From assembly GCF_006345805.1 (NCBI RefSeq), contig NC_042998.1, positions 16,926,001-16,990,000 on the forward strand: a DNA stretch of 64,000 nucleotides, read 5' to 3'. Shown here piece after piece: positions 1 to 13,764 of this stretch; the first letter of the stretch is position 1, and each line of letters begins with the position of its first letter. The stretch is from Octopus sinensis (lineage: Eukaryota). Below the pieces are notes generated by a model, which saw nothing but the letters and a program-made list of their open reading frames with translations, did not search any database and was not told the origin of the DNA. The position numbers and the translations under genes were made by a program.

Positions 1-589
1 GCCTAAACTGTGGGCAATAAATATGTATTCGTACTTCATGTTTCATGGTTTGTCTAGGATTGTAGACAAATTTGACTAGAAAATATAAAATTAGGCTACA
101 CATTACCTGAAAAATATATTCAGAAAATATACTGAGAAAATGATAAACAAAATAATTAGAGAAAGCAACGCACTTGTAACAGATTAATTGTCCAGACGAT
201 GGTGTATCGTCTAGCGACAGATTAAATCTAATGCTTTTATCGGAGTAATGGCATTATACTAATACAGGAGGATGCACGAACAAGTAGCTCGGGTTCCGTT
301 GCACTACGTAAATAGTAAAATATGTTACCATACATGAAAAGCACGTAGTGTTTCGTTTACAAAAGTCACTATGTTATTTCGACCGCTTGTAACTGATGAA
401 CAAAGATGGTACGCTAGTTGTCCGTTCGCTACGTTATACTCACTGCATCCGCACCACATTGGTTGATTATAAGCAAGCATTTAGTGAACTGCTCAGGCCT
501 TGTCTTCAACATCGCGTATTTGATAGCGGCAAAGTGTAAAAAATGTTGAAGCATATACTATAAATGTTTTTGTTAAGCAAAGGTGAAAT

Positions 590-894
590 ATTTTTGAAGT
601 CAAGTGTCCGGGTAAAAGCTCACCGGAAAAGAGAACGACACAAATGCCGGTTGAGAAATGGCACACTACGGGGTCAGGACACAACACTCCAAAACAAAAA
701 CATGCGACATTTCCAACGCCGGTAGTTAAAGAAGTCAACAAGTAAATTGGCGCAGCGGTCTCACAGAAGCAGGCTGCCATGCTAACGTGTGTTGAAAAGT
801 CTAAAGGTGAAGGTTTTTCCAGCAGTTGTAAATTTATTTCTGTATTTATTCTATGCTACGGAACCCGGGGTATGTTAACGTGAACCACCCTGTA
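590..894 (+). mobile_element. Possible highly decayed Tc1/mariner 3' remnant ending in a TIR-like end
   Basis: Ends in GAACCACCCTGTA (886-894 = reverse complement of TACAGGGTG, a Tc1-type terminus also seen at 3906). Upstream translation gives only weak C-terminal similarity (CVEKSKGEGF..QQL*). Left boundary uncertain. Confidence 0.3.
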
Positions 895-2496
895 CTTTGG
901 ATAATTTATCTCCTTTTGTTCATCCAATAATTACCTATCTAAAGAATTTAACAGAAATCCATGAAGCACATTACCGCTTTATTTTACACACATGCATACA
1001 CATATATATATCTGTGTGTGTTTGTGTGTGTGTATTCATGCATGTGCCTATGTGTGTGGAAGTGTATGTGTGTAAGTTGCAACGCGCTGTATTAAAACAA
1101 AATTTGTATTTAAATTACATTTGCAACGTGTTTTCAAACGGACAGAAATGAAAGAGGGAGCTGGCGACATCGAATGCCATATACAATGATGCATTTCCAA
1201 ATCTTACTGTTTACCCTTTATAGCTTCCTGGGGACTTCGGTATTTCTAAGTGTGCCAGATAACGCTTATCTTTTGCTTAGGTATACAACAGTCTTAGAAG
1301 ACTTTTGAGATCCCAACGTTTTAAAATTCTGGAAACATGATTATTCAAGTCTACTATTGACACAAACTTCCGAAGCTGGCTGCGAGAGGGGCATTGTGGT
1401 CAAGAATAGATTGAGGTGAATAACAATTAGAAGGCTGTAACTAAATATTTCAAGTGCGTATTTGCTTCTCTGATATTTAACTACAACAGTGTTTCCTTCT
1501 GTTTCATTATTATCACATGACATTCATTTTATTAATTCTTCTAACGCTAACATTGATTATATCTAACATTTCTCTATCCCGTCTCCACACTAGAAAATAA
1601 AGAATATACACATGTATATGAACTTGTAAACCCATATATACACATATATACATATATCTATACATATATAAGAAGAGAAGTTTCCTTCTATCGCAATGTT
1701 ATCCAATGCGAATATAAATTATGAAATTACAACACTGGCATTTATTTACATCAATATCGCAGTTTTTGCTCCCTTTTGACTTTACTGTATTTCTCATATA
1801 ATCCCCGCCCCACAGACACACATTGGAACTCTTCTTATCATCGACATAGTAACATCTTCCCTATCGCCGCTACCACATATATTATTATCTTACAATTGCT
1901 GTTGCTATCATGCTAATTACATTTGTGACGTTGATACATGTTATTTTACAGCTTACTACAGCTATCTTCCATTTATATTTTGCTTCGCTTTTTCCTTTTA
2001 TTTTTTTTTTACATCAACGATAGCCCCAATGTAAAACTGCATCATGATTACAAGTGCTGCAAGATAAAAACAGCATATACATCAAGAGTAAACAAAATGG
2101 AAAATAAAGATTAATATACAAGGTCCCTTGAAAGCAACAACAGAATAGTAGTATTAGCCAAGTCTAGTAATCAATGCCCACAGGCCTCACTGGCGTTGTA
2201 ACTGCAGCAGCAAGTAAATGATAACATTCAAATATTCATCATCCAATGCGCAGTTGCGATTATGCTGCAAGGAGGTTCGATAAATATTGAACGGAACCAC
2301 TGCAATAACAATTCTCAATATATGAATAAGATACATTTTGTACGATTTCACCCTGTAATAGATCATAACCTCATGCATTTCTTCAACGATTTTTCTAGAA
2401 TTTAACATGCGTTGAATCAATTTCTTTCTTTAGAATATTTTAAACACGGAAGAGGCCAATAGAGCCACTGAAATGTTCAATGTATTACATGTTTAC

Positions 2497-2562
<66 letters not shown>

Positions 2563-2568
2563 TGCAAG

Positions 2569-2606
<38 letters not shown>

Positions 2607-2617
2607 TAAATGTCTCC

Positions 2618-2652
<35 letters not shown>

Positions 2653-2716
2653 CATACGTTTGTGTGTATCGTGTAGGAGGAAGAATATGCGTATTTCTGC
2701 AATCTTGTATGTTATG

Positions 2717-3287
2717 TACAGAGTGGAGCAGAGAGAACGGACGTTTTTGAAATGGCTATTTTGAAATTGCTATTAGTCAGCCCCAGTGGGAGGAATATAT
2801 GTCCGACAGGTACACTACGGCCGGAGTTGACTTAGCATTTTTTTCAGGTGAAGCCATTGCACTGTCGACGCTAGAGCATAACGTGTTTACCTACAACACT
2901 TACGTGTCAGAAAAGTTTTGTTAGGGAGTCCGACTCGCTCTGCTTGGAGGCATTTCTACTGAACTGTGTGTCGGTAATCAATGAGTAAGGCGTATTTTGC
3001 ATGAAGACCTGCATTTTCACCCGTACAAATTGGTCATTGGGCAAAAGTTAAATCCATGAGACTATGCATAGAGCAATGCAGGAGAGAGTGCAGCCCAAAT
3101 TCCAAGAACGCTTTCAGAAATGCATTAATGAAACCGGATACAACATGAGCGATTGTGTTATCTACGCTTGATTTTGACAAATGGTAATTCGATACGTACA
3201 CACTGACGTCAATAAAATTTGTTTGCAGCTAAAGTTAATGATTTTGCGAATTTTTCAAAAATGACCGTTCTCTTTGACCCACCTTAT
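2717..3287 (+). mobile_element. Internally deleted Tc1/mariner derivative (MITE-like) with degenerate TIRs
   Basis: Left end TACAGAGTGGAGCAGAGAGAACGGACGTTTTTGAA and right end TTCAAAAATGACCGTTCTCTTTGACCCACCTTAT are imperfect inverted repeats. Internal remnant QERVQPKFQERFQKCINETGYNM resembles a Tc1/mariner C-terminus. Confidence 0.6.
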
Positions 3288-3469
3288 GCATATGTATGCA
3301 TATAATTTATTTATGTTCATCAACATATAACATTGCATGTGTGTATATGCCTATATAAATACGTATAATTTATATGCATATGTATGTATGTGTATATGTG
3401 TATGTGTGTATATGTATATATATATATATATATTTAAATTATGTGTATAAGCAATGTAACTATGTTTTT

Positions 3470-3673
3470 TTTTTACTTGTTTCAGTCATTTGACTGCGGC
3501 CATGCTGGAGCACCGCCTTTAGTCGAGCAAATCGACCCCGGGACTTATTCTTTGTAAGCCCAGCACTTTATTCTATTGGTCTCTTTTGCCGAACCGCTAA
3601 TTGACGGGGACGGAAACACACCAGCATCGGTTGTCAAGCAATGCTAGGGTGACAAACATATACACAAACACAT

Positions 3674-3704
<31 letters not shown>

Positions 3705-3869
3705 CATATATACGACAGGCTTCTTTCAGTTTCCGTCTACCAAATCCACTCACAAGGCATTGGTCGGCCCTGGGCTATAGCACAAGACGCTTGCCCAAGA
3801 TGCCACGCAGTGGGACTGAACCCGGAACCATGTGGTTGGTTAGCAAGCTACTTACCACAGTCACTCCTG
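3470..3869 (-). mobile_element. tRNA-derived SINE, family A (near full length)
   Basis: Minus strand reads CAGGAGTGACTGTGGTAAG...GGTTCAGTCCCACTGCGTGGCATCTTGGGCAAG (A/B-box-like head, CORE-like CTTGGGCAAG), with an internal (TA)/(CA) tract. Near-identical copies at 22728, 31130 and 57113. Confidence 0.9.
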
Positions 3870-3905
3870 TTCTGTATATATACAGCCACTCCAGTTCTGT
3901 ATATA

Positions 3906-5040
3906 TACAGGGTGCGTAAGTCATTTGAGGACATACCATTTCGGGGTCATTGCTGCATTATTTGCTAACTCTGTATAATCTTCGTTTCAGAAAATAATAC
4001 TAAACAAATGAAGAGGTATGGCGTTGCTGTGGTTATAGAGGCTGAGTATAACGATTTAGAAATATCTCGATCTTTAAAAGTTGCCAGATCTTTCGTCTAC
4101 AAAATTTGTAAGGAGTTAGAGACTGAAGATGGAAACGTATCGCCATTATCAAAACGTAAAAAAGTATTTTGAACTCTCTGAAATCATTAGAACACCTGAA
4201 TGTATCCAGCAAGTTCAACACACCATTGATTACAATCCCAGAAAAATCCATAGGGTCAATTGAAAAAGATTTCCATGGGTCAGAAGAACAGGCAGAAATT
4301 TTGCCCACGACGACGTCAGATATATGTCTAATATAATGAGGAAAGGTCAATTTGTCAGAAAAAGCAAAAGAAAATCATTATATAAGATCTAAGTGATCTA
4401 AGCAAATTGAAAAGTGCAGCAGAAGATTATATTTGGCGTTTCTCAAACAAGAAAGACTTTAACCATGATCAAAATATTAACAGAAGAAATGAGACATGGT
4501 TATGTGCAGACCCTTCTGAAGTTCCAAGTGTTATGCATACATAGACAATTTTCTCCATCTGTCATGGTTCATGGGTTGTCAGCAATGAAGGACATGTGAT
4601 GTCTCCATACTTCTTTCCACAAGGCCTTAGATTTAACTCTGCCACCTACAAGGATGTCCTGGAAACTATCTAGACAGTCTATGCAATTGGAGGCACTATG
4701 TGTTTCAGTAAGACTCTACACTATGACACATGTCTCTGGTAACACAGGAACGGATGATTGAAAATGTTCATGATCCCATAATTCCTAAATTTTGCCCTCC
4801 TAATTCTCTAGATTTCAATCCATTGGACTATAACATGTGGAGGGTTGTTGAGATAGAGAGGTCAATGAACGCGCCCAGCGCACCAATAATTCTTTAAAAG
4901 CTGCCATAATCAGAGTAATGTCCAAAATGAACCAGAACCACTTGATTCGAGCATATAGATGCTTTACATCTGATATAGAAGCAGTTGTAGAAGCTGAAGG
5001 TGATTTCATTGAATAACATTATAGAAAAGAAGGTTTATTT
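3906..5040 (+). mobile_element. Decayed Tc1/mariner-superfamily transposon
   Basis: Starts TACAGGGTG. Frameshifted transposase remnants: WRFSNKKDFNHDQNINRRNETWLCADPSEVPSVMHT, and CPPNSLDFNPLDYNMW (WPPxSPDLNPLDY motif). Multiple stops. Confidence 0.85.
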
Positions 5041-6084
5041 TTATGCGTCTAATATAATTACCAGAATTTATGCAACTGAGGTTTGCTATTATTCTTCCAC
5101 GACTTCTTACATAAAACAAAACTGTGCTTTTATCGTTTAACCCAACTTATTAACGCAGAAATAGAAAATTATACGTGATCTACATCTCGTGAGCGCCCTT
5201 TCTTTCATTTGAAATATTTTCAATACGACATTATATAGCCTTCCGTATGATGTTGGAACTAGAAGGTTGCTATTTTATTTCAAAACATTTGCTACACTTT
5301 ATTTGAAGAGCGTATCTAAATGTTACAAAAACATTTGCAAATCATAAAAAAATCATAAGGAATGTTTTATTTTGTTGCGGAGAATAGAGGCGGTAAACTA
5401 CGTTGTGTAATGATGCTATCAATCCAATCAAACTTTGTAAAAATGCCTGTAAATTGAATTTAAATTATTTTAATCCTTGAATATAATGTTTCAATCCTTC
5501 CTTTTTACAAGATATATATTGCCTTGACATCACATACACATATAAACACATATGCACGTACACGCGCGCGTGCGCACGCAGGCACACACAGATACTAGGA
5601 GACACAGAAAAAATTCTGGATTTAAGTGTATTTGGAGAGAGCTAGTTGGAAACCCAAACTTCTCAGTTCTTTTACAGGACTTAGAAAAACTGTAGGACCA
5701 CTGCAATGAGTGGGTGAATTTGAGAGGGAGAATAATTAGCTGCACGCCCTGTTTTTTTTTTAAACCCAAATCAGGAGGTTTTCAACATCCTCTCCTATGT
5801 GTGTGTTAGTATGCATGCAGAATGATGTAAACGGGAATAGGTTTATAACTATATAATCATAATCCTGTATTGAAAAACTGTCTTTTTAAACTTATGAAAC
5901 TCCAGCGATTGTGTTAACAATAGGAACGATATTCTTCATGCCGTCATTTTACAAAATTCATATCTGCGGAAATAACGGATAAACTAATGGATACCTCATA
6001 ATGCATTCCAGCGTTGATTTTTCAAATGTTTGATATATTGTAGACACTGGTTATATTTCGTGTGAAACTTGTCCATACTTACAT

Positions 6085-6535
6085 TCTAAGTTCAAATTCA
6101 ACGAGATCGATTTTGTGTTCGCCCTTTCGCGACTGATAAATTAAGTACCGGCTGAGTACTGAGTTGACATAATTCAACTTACACGCTCCTCAAAAGTGCT
6201 GACCGTAACCAAATTTGGAACAAATGTTTAGAATGAAGTTCGACTTCGCCTTTTATCATCTCTTGGGCGATAGAATAAGTACCAGTCGAACACTGGAATA
6301 TATATTTCTTTATTGCCCACAAATGGCTAAACATAGAAGGTACAAACAAGGACAGACAAACGGATTAAGTCGATTACATCGACCCCAGTGCGTAACTGGT
6401 ATTTAATTTATCGACTCCGAAAGGATGAAAGATAAAGTCGACCTCGGCGGAATTTGAACTCAGAATGTACCGGCAGCCGAAATACCACAAAGCATTTCGC
6501 CCGGCGTGCTAACGTCTCTGCCAGCTCGCCGCCTT
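6085..6535. mobile_element. SINE family D cluster (two partial + copies followed by a - copy)
   Basis: The minus copy has head GGCGGCGAGCTGGCAGAGACGTTAGC...GAGTTCAAATTCC and body CTTTCATCCTTTCGGAGTCGATAAA. Same family at 17160-17745 and 42150-42330. Degenerate plus-strand pieces at about 6085-6300. Confidence 0.8.
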
Positions 6536-8134
6536 ATTGGAATATATGTCGTGCATTTAGCCCCCTCCTGAAATTGTTGGTTTTGAGCAAAAATTTGAAA
6601 TCTATATTAAGTTTGAAGTTAATTACCACCTTTTTGTTTCTGTTTTTTCTTTCTAAATGTGCTTGCTCATTCAATCGCCAGTTGTCTCAAACTCTTTTAC
6701 TAAACCATCTTATTTTTACCAATTTGATAAATAGCGCAAGATCATACCTTGGCCAGAATACTCTTTTCACGACGCTGTTTGTGACTTTTATCATAATATA
6801 TCTATATTTATATCTATCAATCTGTTAATATGTATGGAGAGACATGCAACTAAACGTAGAGAGACATCACCACAGAGAATATAATTGTATTGTTACATGT
6901 TTTACATAAGGCGAGAATGATTTCCTTTAGAGTAAACTGCAGCAAAGTTTCCTTTATTAAAAATATGCCACTAAACTAAACTTTACACACACACACACAC
7001 ACACACACATACACACACACACATAAACCCATAACATGTGAGGAGGTATAACTGTTGAATATATATTCTTAACCACTTGTTATTTTTAGGGTTACTGCCG
7101 TTTCGCATCCTTTATCATCTAATAATGTTTTCGGTGTATAATAAACTACATCTTTGCTCCAATATTCATCCTATGCTTTATATATTCACAATAAATGCAG
7201 ATAAAAAAGGTTAGCTAATCAGATCATCAGGACACCTTGGTTATATCAGTGATTCAACTCTACCTAAACGTACAAAATTTTCCTTTTATACGCAATGAAC
7301 GGATGACCGATACGACACGAAATTAGACTCGGGTGGTCATTACAAAATAAGATGTAAATGATAAATATGTTTCGCGTCACATCAATTAAAATGGTTTATG
7401 GAATTAACCATCCTTAATGTAAATAAAAACAAGATAGAGACAGAAGAGGTACTATCGTAGTTAAATTTAATTAAAAGCGTAGAATGTGTTCAGAAATACA
7501 TATAAAAATATGATAAATTTAATATAATAGTATAAAGAATATTAGAAATATAATAAATTAGATGTAATACAAAAATATAACAATTAACATATGGAAAAAT
7601 AACAATTGGTTAAATAAAACATATTCACGTTTCACGCCTTCTGACATTTGAATTTCGTTTTTTTTTTTGGGGTCCTGGTAAGATAATTTCATGGATTCGG
7701 TGAAATGGATTTCAGCTGCATAGAACTCCGCATTATACTCCTTACTGCATTCCTGTGTGGTATGATACCCGGGTCCATTAGAGGAGTTTTCGCTAATAGT
7801 CACAGGATCCTATGAATCTATACAAATATATACAACAAATATATTTTTTTTATTGCTTCTAACCTTACAGCAGTTAAGAACAACCATACCTTAGTCAGTC
7901 AGTGGAAGGACCTCACTACCTCATATGTTCTTAACATTTAAATCCACATCTTTGTCGGTATATCTACCTTCTCAATAATGCTGCCACTTGATATGAACAT
8001 TTTTGTATTAATGGAAAATCTGATGAGTACTCAGCATCTTAAATCTATTGTAACACTTACAATATTTAATAAAATGATGTAGTACGAAACGATCGTACCA
8101 AATTACCAGAGTCGTTCTTGTTGCTTATTTTGAT

Positions 8135-8202
<68 letters not shown>

Positions 8203-9271
8203 CATGTATATATATGTATGTAAATATATTTACATGTATATATATATATATATATGTACATGTTGTGTAACATTTAACTTTAAAAGGAATATTGGGATAA
8301 GTAATATCTTTTATTGTCTTACAGTTAATTATCCGCATATTTCTACATACTGTACCTCATTTAACTACCTATATCATCACAAAATATTTATTGTTACTCC
8401 ATTTTATTTCGTATTTGTGCAACGAGAGCGAAATTGTAAGAAAATGCAACTATAAAATAATCATTTAAGATATTAAAAATAAAATAGGTCATGCGGAGAA
8501 TTAATGAAAAATTATTTTAATCGATATTGCCTATTTTCCTTCCCCTTATAGTGCATGTAATGAAAGTGGTTTCACAAACCTTTTGCTTATAGAAAAAAGA
8601 TTAAAAACACATTTTTTAAAAAAACATCAATCATATTGGCTTGTTTATTACTTTGTAAAAATTATCAGTGTTTCACAAAGGAATTAAAATATTCACTTAA
8701 TTATCCTGTGTGTGTTATATCTTACATACACTCCCATAGACATATTGTCTTTAATCCTCAATATTTCGATGTTAAAAGATGATAGATGTCTACGTTACCT
8801 AGAAGAACGTGAAATAAATCCCGTCTTAGAAGTATAAAAAATGCAATGAATTACAGATGGAATTATACACTGCAGCGTGTATACACAAATTATACACAGC
8901 ATACTGAAAGGAATCACTATTAATGTAAAATGAGGAAGGATTTTCTATATAATATAGCAAGTCATGAAGCAGCATGTCTTATGCTAGATATGATGGGATA
9001 AAACGCTAACATGGTATTGATACGAATCCCCATATAAGATTTAACTTACAATATGACGCTGACAGGCGCATGAACTAGGCAATTCTACGGAATATATAGA
9101 ACATTTTGTATCTAGTTTTTAGAAATTTAAAATTAATTAAATTCTTTTTCATCTGATTTAAAGTGCGTTCAGCAATGGATTTTTATATGACATTTTACTA
9201 TTCAATTGCTTGGACTTCTCCTTTATGCAGATATGTTGGTATGTATGTATGTATATATGTATGTATGTATG

Positions 9272-9344
<73 letters not shown>

Positions 9345-9719
9345 TGATGGCTTTTTGACAAAATAATGCGGCAGTCCAAGGAAAGGGGAGAATGTTACTG
9401 TCATGTAGACCCAAGAAACATCGTTTCTAGTTGACTATGCGACACAAGCGTTCTGTGTCCTTAGGTTATCATATATGGGGAGATAACCTCCTCCACCAAT
9501 CAAGCCAGCACTTATAAACTAGTTTAAGGGTTATTGCACTTCATCAGTCTAGCCTTGCTAGATGTTTCTGCCAATCTGTTGTTAAAAACTTAAAGAATTT
9601 CAAGTGAAATACATTCACTGAACAACAGAAATAGAAATATTACAGTTCTAAATCTCTCAGAGATAAAAAAAAAAACATATATATAATATCAGAGAATAAA
9701 TTTATATATCAAAGAATGC

Positions 9720-10765
9720 TTAAAATAAACCTTCTTTTTTCGACAGCTGCTTCTATTTGAGATCTAAATAAACTGCTCGAATCAAGTGGTCCTGGTTCAT
9801 TTTGGACATACTCTGATTATGGCAGCTTTCAAAGGTTTTTTGGCATTATGGGCGTGTTCATTGACATCTGTCTCAACAACGCTCTACATATAATAGCCTA
9901 ATGGGTTGAGATCTGGGGAATTAGGAGGCCAAATGTTAGGGGTTATATGATCATGAAAATGTCCTGCCATCCTTTCCTGTGTTGCCAGAACCATGTGTGA
10001 TAGTGCAAGTGTTAATGGCCTACCACTGTATACACATATGGGCGCCCACTGTATACACTCTCTAGACAGGGGTTAGCAATTGATTCCAGGACCTCATTAT
10101 TAGCGACAGATTTAACTCTAAGACATTGTGGAAAGATGTAAGGAGGCATCACATGTACATTGCTGATAAGCCATAAATCATGACAGCTGGATAACACTTG
10201 GAATTTCCGAAGCGTATGCACATAACGTCTCTCTTTTCTTCTGTCAACTTTTTGATCATAGTCAAAGTCTTTCTCGTTGCATTTATCTTCTGCTGCATTT
10301 TTAAGTTTGCTTAAAAATCTTTTAGATCTTGTGCAGTGATTTTCATTTCCTTTTTCTGAAAAATTGACCTTTCTTCATTATATTAGACATATATCAGACG
10401 TCGTCACGGACAACATTTCTCACTGTTCCTTCTGAACCATGGAGATCTTTTGCAATTAACCTCATGGATTTTTCTGGGATTGTAATCAATGTTCTGTTGA
10501 ACCTGCCGGATAAATTCAGGTGTTCTGATTAGTTTAGAGAGTTTAGAGTGTTTTTTTTAATGTTTTGATACTGGCGATATGTTTCCATCATCAATATCTA
10601 ACTCCTTACGAACTTTGTAGACGAAAGATCAGGCAACTTTTTAAAAATCGGGATATTTCTAATTCGCTGTACTCAACCTTTACAATTACAACAGCATGCC
10701 TCCTAATAATACTGTGGGTCTGCCATTATTATTTTCTCAAACAAAGATTATACAGATTTAACAAA
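9720..10765 (-). mobile_element. Decayed Tc1/mariner transposon, same family as 3906-5040, opposite orientation
   Basis: Minus strand gives HVMPPYIFPQ...EVLESIANP...GRPYV and WPPNSPDLNPLGYY. The 5' and 3' regions align by eye with 3970-5040. Confidence 0.85.
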
Positions 10766-10848
10766 TAATGAAGCAATTACACGAAAATAACATTCCTCAA
10801 ATACCACACGCACACGTTATCTCTCTCTCTCTCTCTCTCCCTATATAT

Positions 10849-10898
<50 letters not shown>

Positions 10899-10916
10899 CA
10901 CACATATATATATATG

Positions 10917-10969
<53 letters not shown>

Positions 10970-11904
10970 AATATATATATATATATAAACATATTTATGC
11001 ATACATGTACATTTATATGCGTGTGAATTTGTCTGTGTGTGTGTTTGCATTTAGTCAGAAGATTATAAAAGTATAGATTCTGAATGTATGCTGACGTCAT
11101 TGGATACCAACATACAAGACAACCTTTGACTTATGTCTTTACCCCACGCACTCTCAAGATTTGTCAAAATTACTATACCATCCAAGAGCGGGGAAACAAT
11201 GCTATTGATTTAGCGATATTGCTATTAAACATAAAGTAATGTATAATATATCAAACATAATCCCTAGATATGTGCAATGGCTTTATGTCTATATACGCTG
11301 AGGAAACAAATGTACACATGAATATATTTTGTATACTTAGGCTTGCATCCGCGTGTATATATATATATATATATAATTTCAACAATTGAAATTCGCCTTG
11401 AATGGTCCCTTTGCATACTGAACACTTGGTGAAATTGATTAATAATTAATTAATTTTGCCCTCAATTGTTGAAATTATAATTAATCTCCCTCTGATTAAT
11501 GCTTCGGATTTTACCGAAATAAGCATAGTGTTTGATGATTTTAACCCACGCTGGTGGAAAGGGGAGAACAGAGATTCTTCGCTTGCTTATTTTGAATTTG
11601 TTGGCACTGTTAGTTGGGAGCAGATCTTCGAAAGGGTATGTTCTTATTTTCAGTGTTTCCAAATCCAAACCAAGGAATTTCTGAGCCGATGATAGAAATG
11701 TTGTTTTGACTAATCTTGAAACGTACGTTCTCGAATAACCTTAGCATTTGATTTTTCGATGTCCTTACCCCCAAACTTTTGTGAGTTGAATTAAGCAAAC
11801 ACTATATATGAGAGAGATTTTCTTTAAGTATTAGAAATAGCCTTAAAAAAGTTTTTTAGCTGCTATTTCTAATGAGTTCAGTATGCGGCAAAGTAATTTA
11901 TTTT

Positions 11905-12417
<513 letters not shown>

Positions 12418-12909
12418 TTATGTAAAATGTTATAGTATAAAAATTAAAGAAAATTATATATGTATGCAAAATAGTATATAAATTTAAATAAAAGGAATGG
12501 TATTTAATTAAGTAAGGGAAGAATTATATAAATGATGGATAAGTTAGTAAAATAAATATTAGTCGACCGTTGTAGATTAATCATTTTCATTATCTTGCTA
12601 GTAGATCCAGTTCTGGAAATCTATGGATTCGTACCGTTCACATAATATTGTGTCACTTTTTAAAACAGCTATAGAAAAAGTTTGAAAAATCTCACCGTTA
12701 TGATATGCTTCTTAAAAGGCTTACATGTGAACCTTTAGTCGTCAATATATAAAATGCTTTTTGCATCTGCCATTTCTTTTAGAGCTTTAAAGTTTATAAT
12801 TTATTTGTACTGTTTTTATTTAAAAATCTTTCAACCTCATTATATTATACCGATAAAATATTTATACATCCATAATTCTCCAAGTTCTTCGTTTCCATCT
12901 TTATATCTC

Positions 12910-13277
12910 TTACATGTTTCAGTCATTAGAATGCGGCCACACAGGGGTATTTTTAATTTTTTTTGTTAAACGAATTTAATATTTTTGAAAGCCCGGTGCT
13001 TATTCCATCAGGTTGGTTTAGCGAACCGCTACGTAAATGTGGAGTATACATACTAACACGTGTTGTGAATCAATGGTGGGAGACAAACACAGTCACAAAG
13101 CCACACACATTTATATACGAGTGACTCCTTTCAGTTTCCGTCTATCAACTTTATTGATTTTGAAGGCTTTGGTCTTCCCGAAGCTATGATAGAAGATATT
13201 TGCCCAAGGTGCTAGTCGTAAGACAAGCCGGTACCATGTGTATGAGAAACAAACTTAATACCATACAGCCACGACTG
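12910..13277 (-). mobile_element. Degenerate SINE family A copy
   Basis: Diverged match to family A: GTTTCAGTCATT..GCGGCCA, TTCAGTTTCCGTCTATCAA, TTGCCCAAGGTGC, CCATACAGCCAC. Confidence 0.75.
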
Positions 13278-13764
13278 TAGATATATGTATGCGTGTAGTT
13301 TATATACGTGAATGTGTATTTATTATTCAGCATATTTGGAGTGCATATCAATACATCTTTCAATCATAAGAAAAATCGACCAAGTCTTATTAAGTCACAC
13401 TTGTTATATTACATTGTGTCATGTATATTAAATACGGTGGAAGTATATATGAAGAATGCAGGAGAAATTTTTAGACGATGGGGACTATTGTGCATACATA
13501 GCTACACACACTAACACGCGCACATATACGCTCGTGCGCGCACACACACACGGGCGCTTAGTGAACAGGCGTTGGCTATGGTCGCTCAAAAAGTTATATA
13601 AAAAGTTATATTGCTTTGGCAATGTAAGAAACTTATCAGATCCCCGTTACGGAGTACATACTCACCTTGCTAGTTGAAGTAAGAATAGACTCTTGAGACA
13701 CTGAAAAGAAATTCCTCAAGGTGACAACGCCTTCTAAAACATACGGAGTTAACAACGGGAAAAA

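Noticed and set aside
493-780. 95-aa minus-strand ORF MAACFCETAAPIY...
   Set aside because: No recognisable motif or splice context; it overlaps a probable decayed Tc1-like end on the opposite strand.
11456-11798. Overlapping short ORFs on both strands
   Set aside because: No recognisable domain; lengths within chance expectation.
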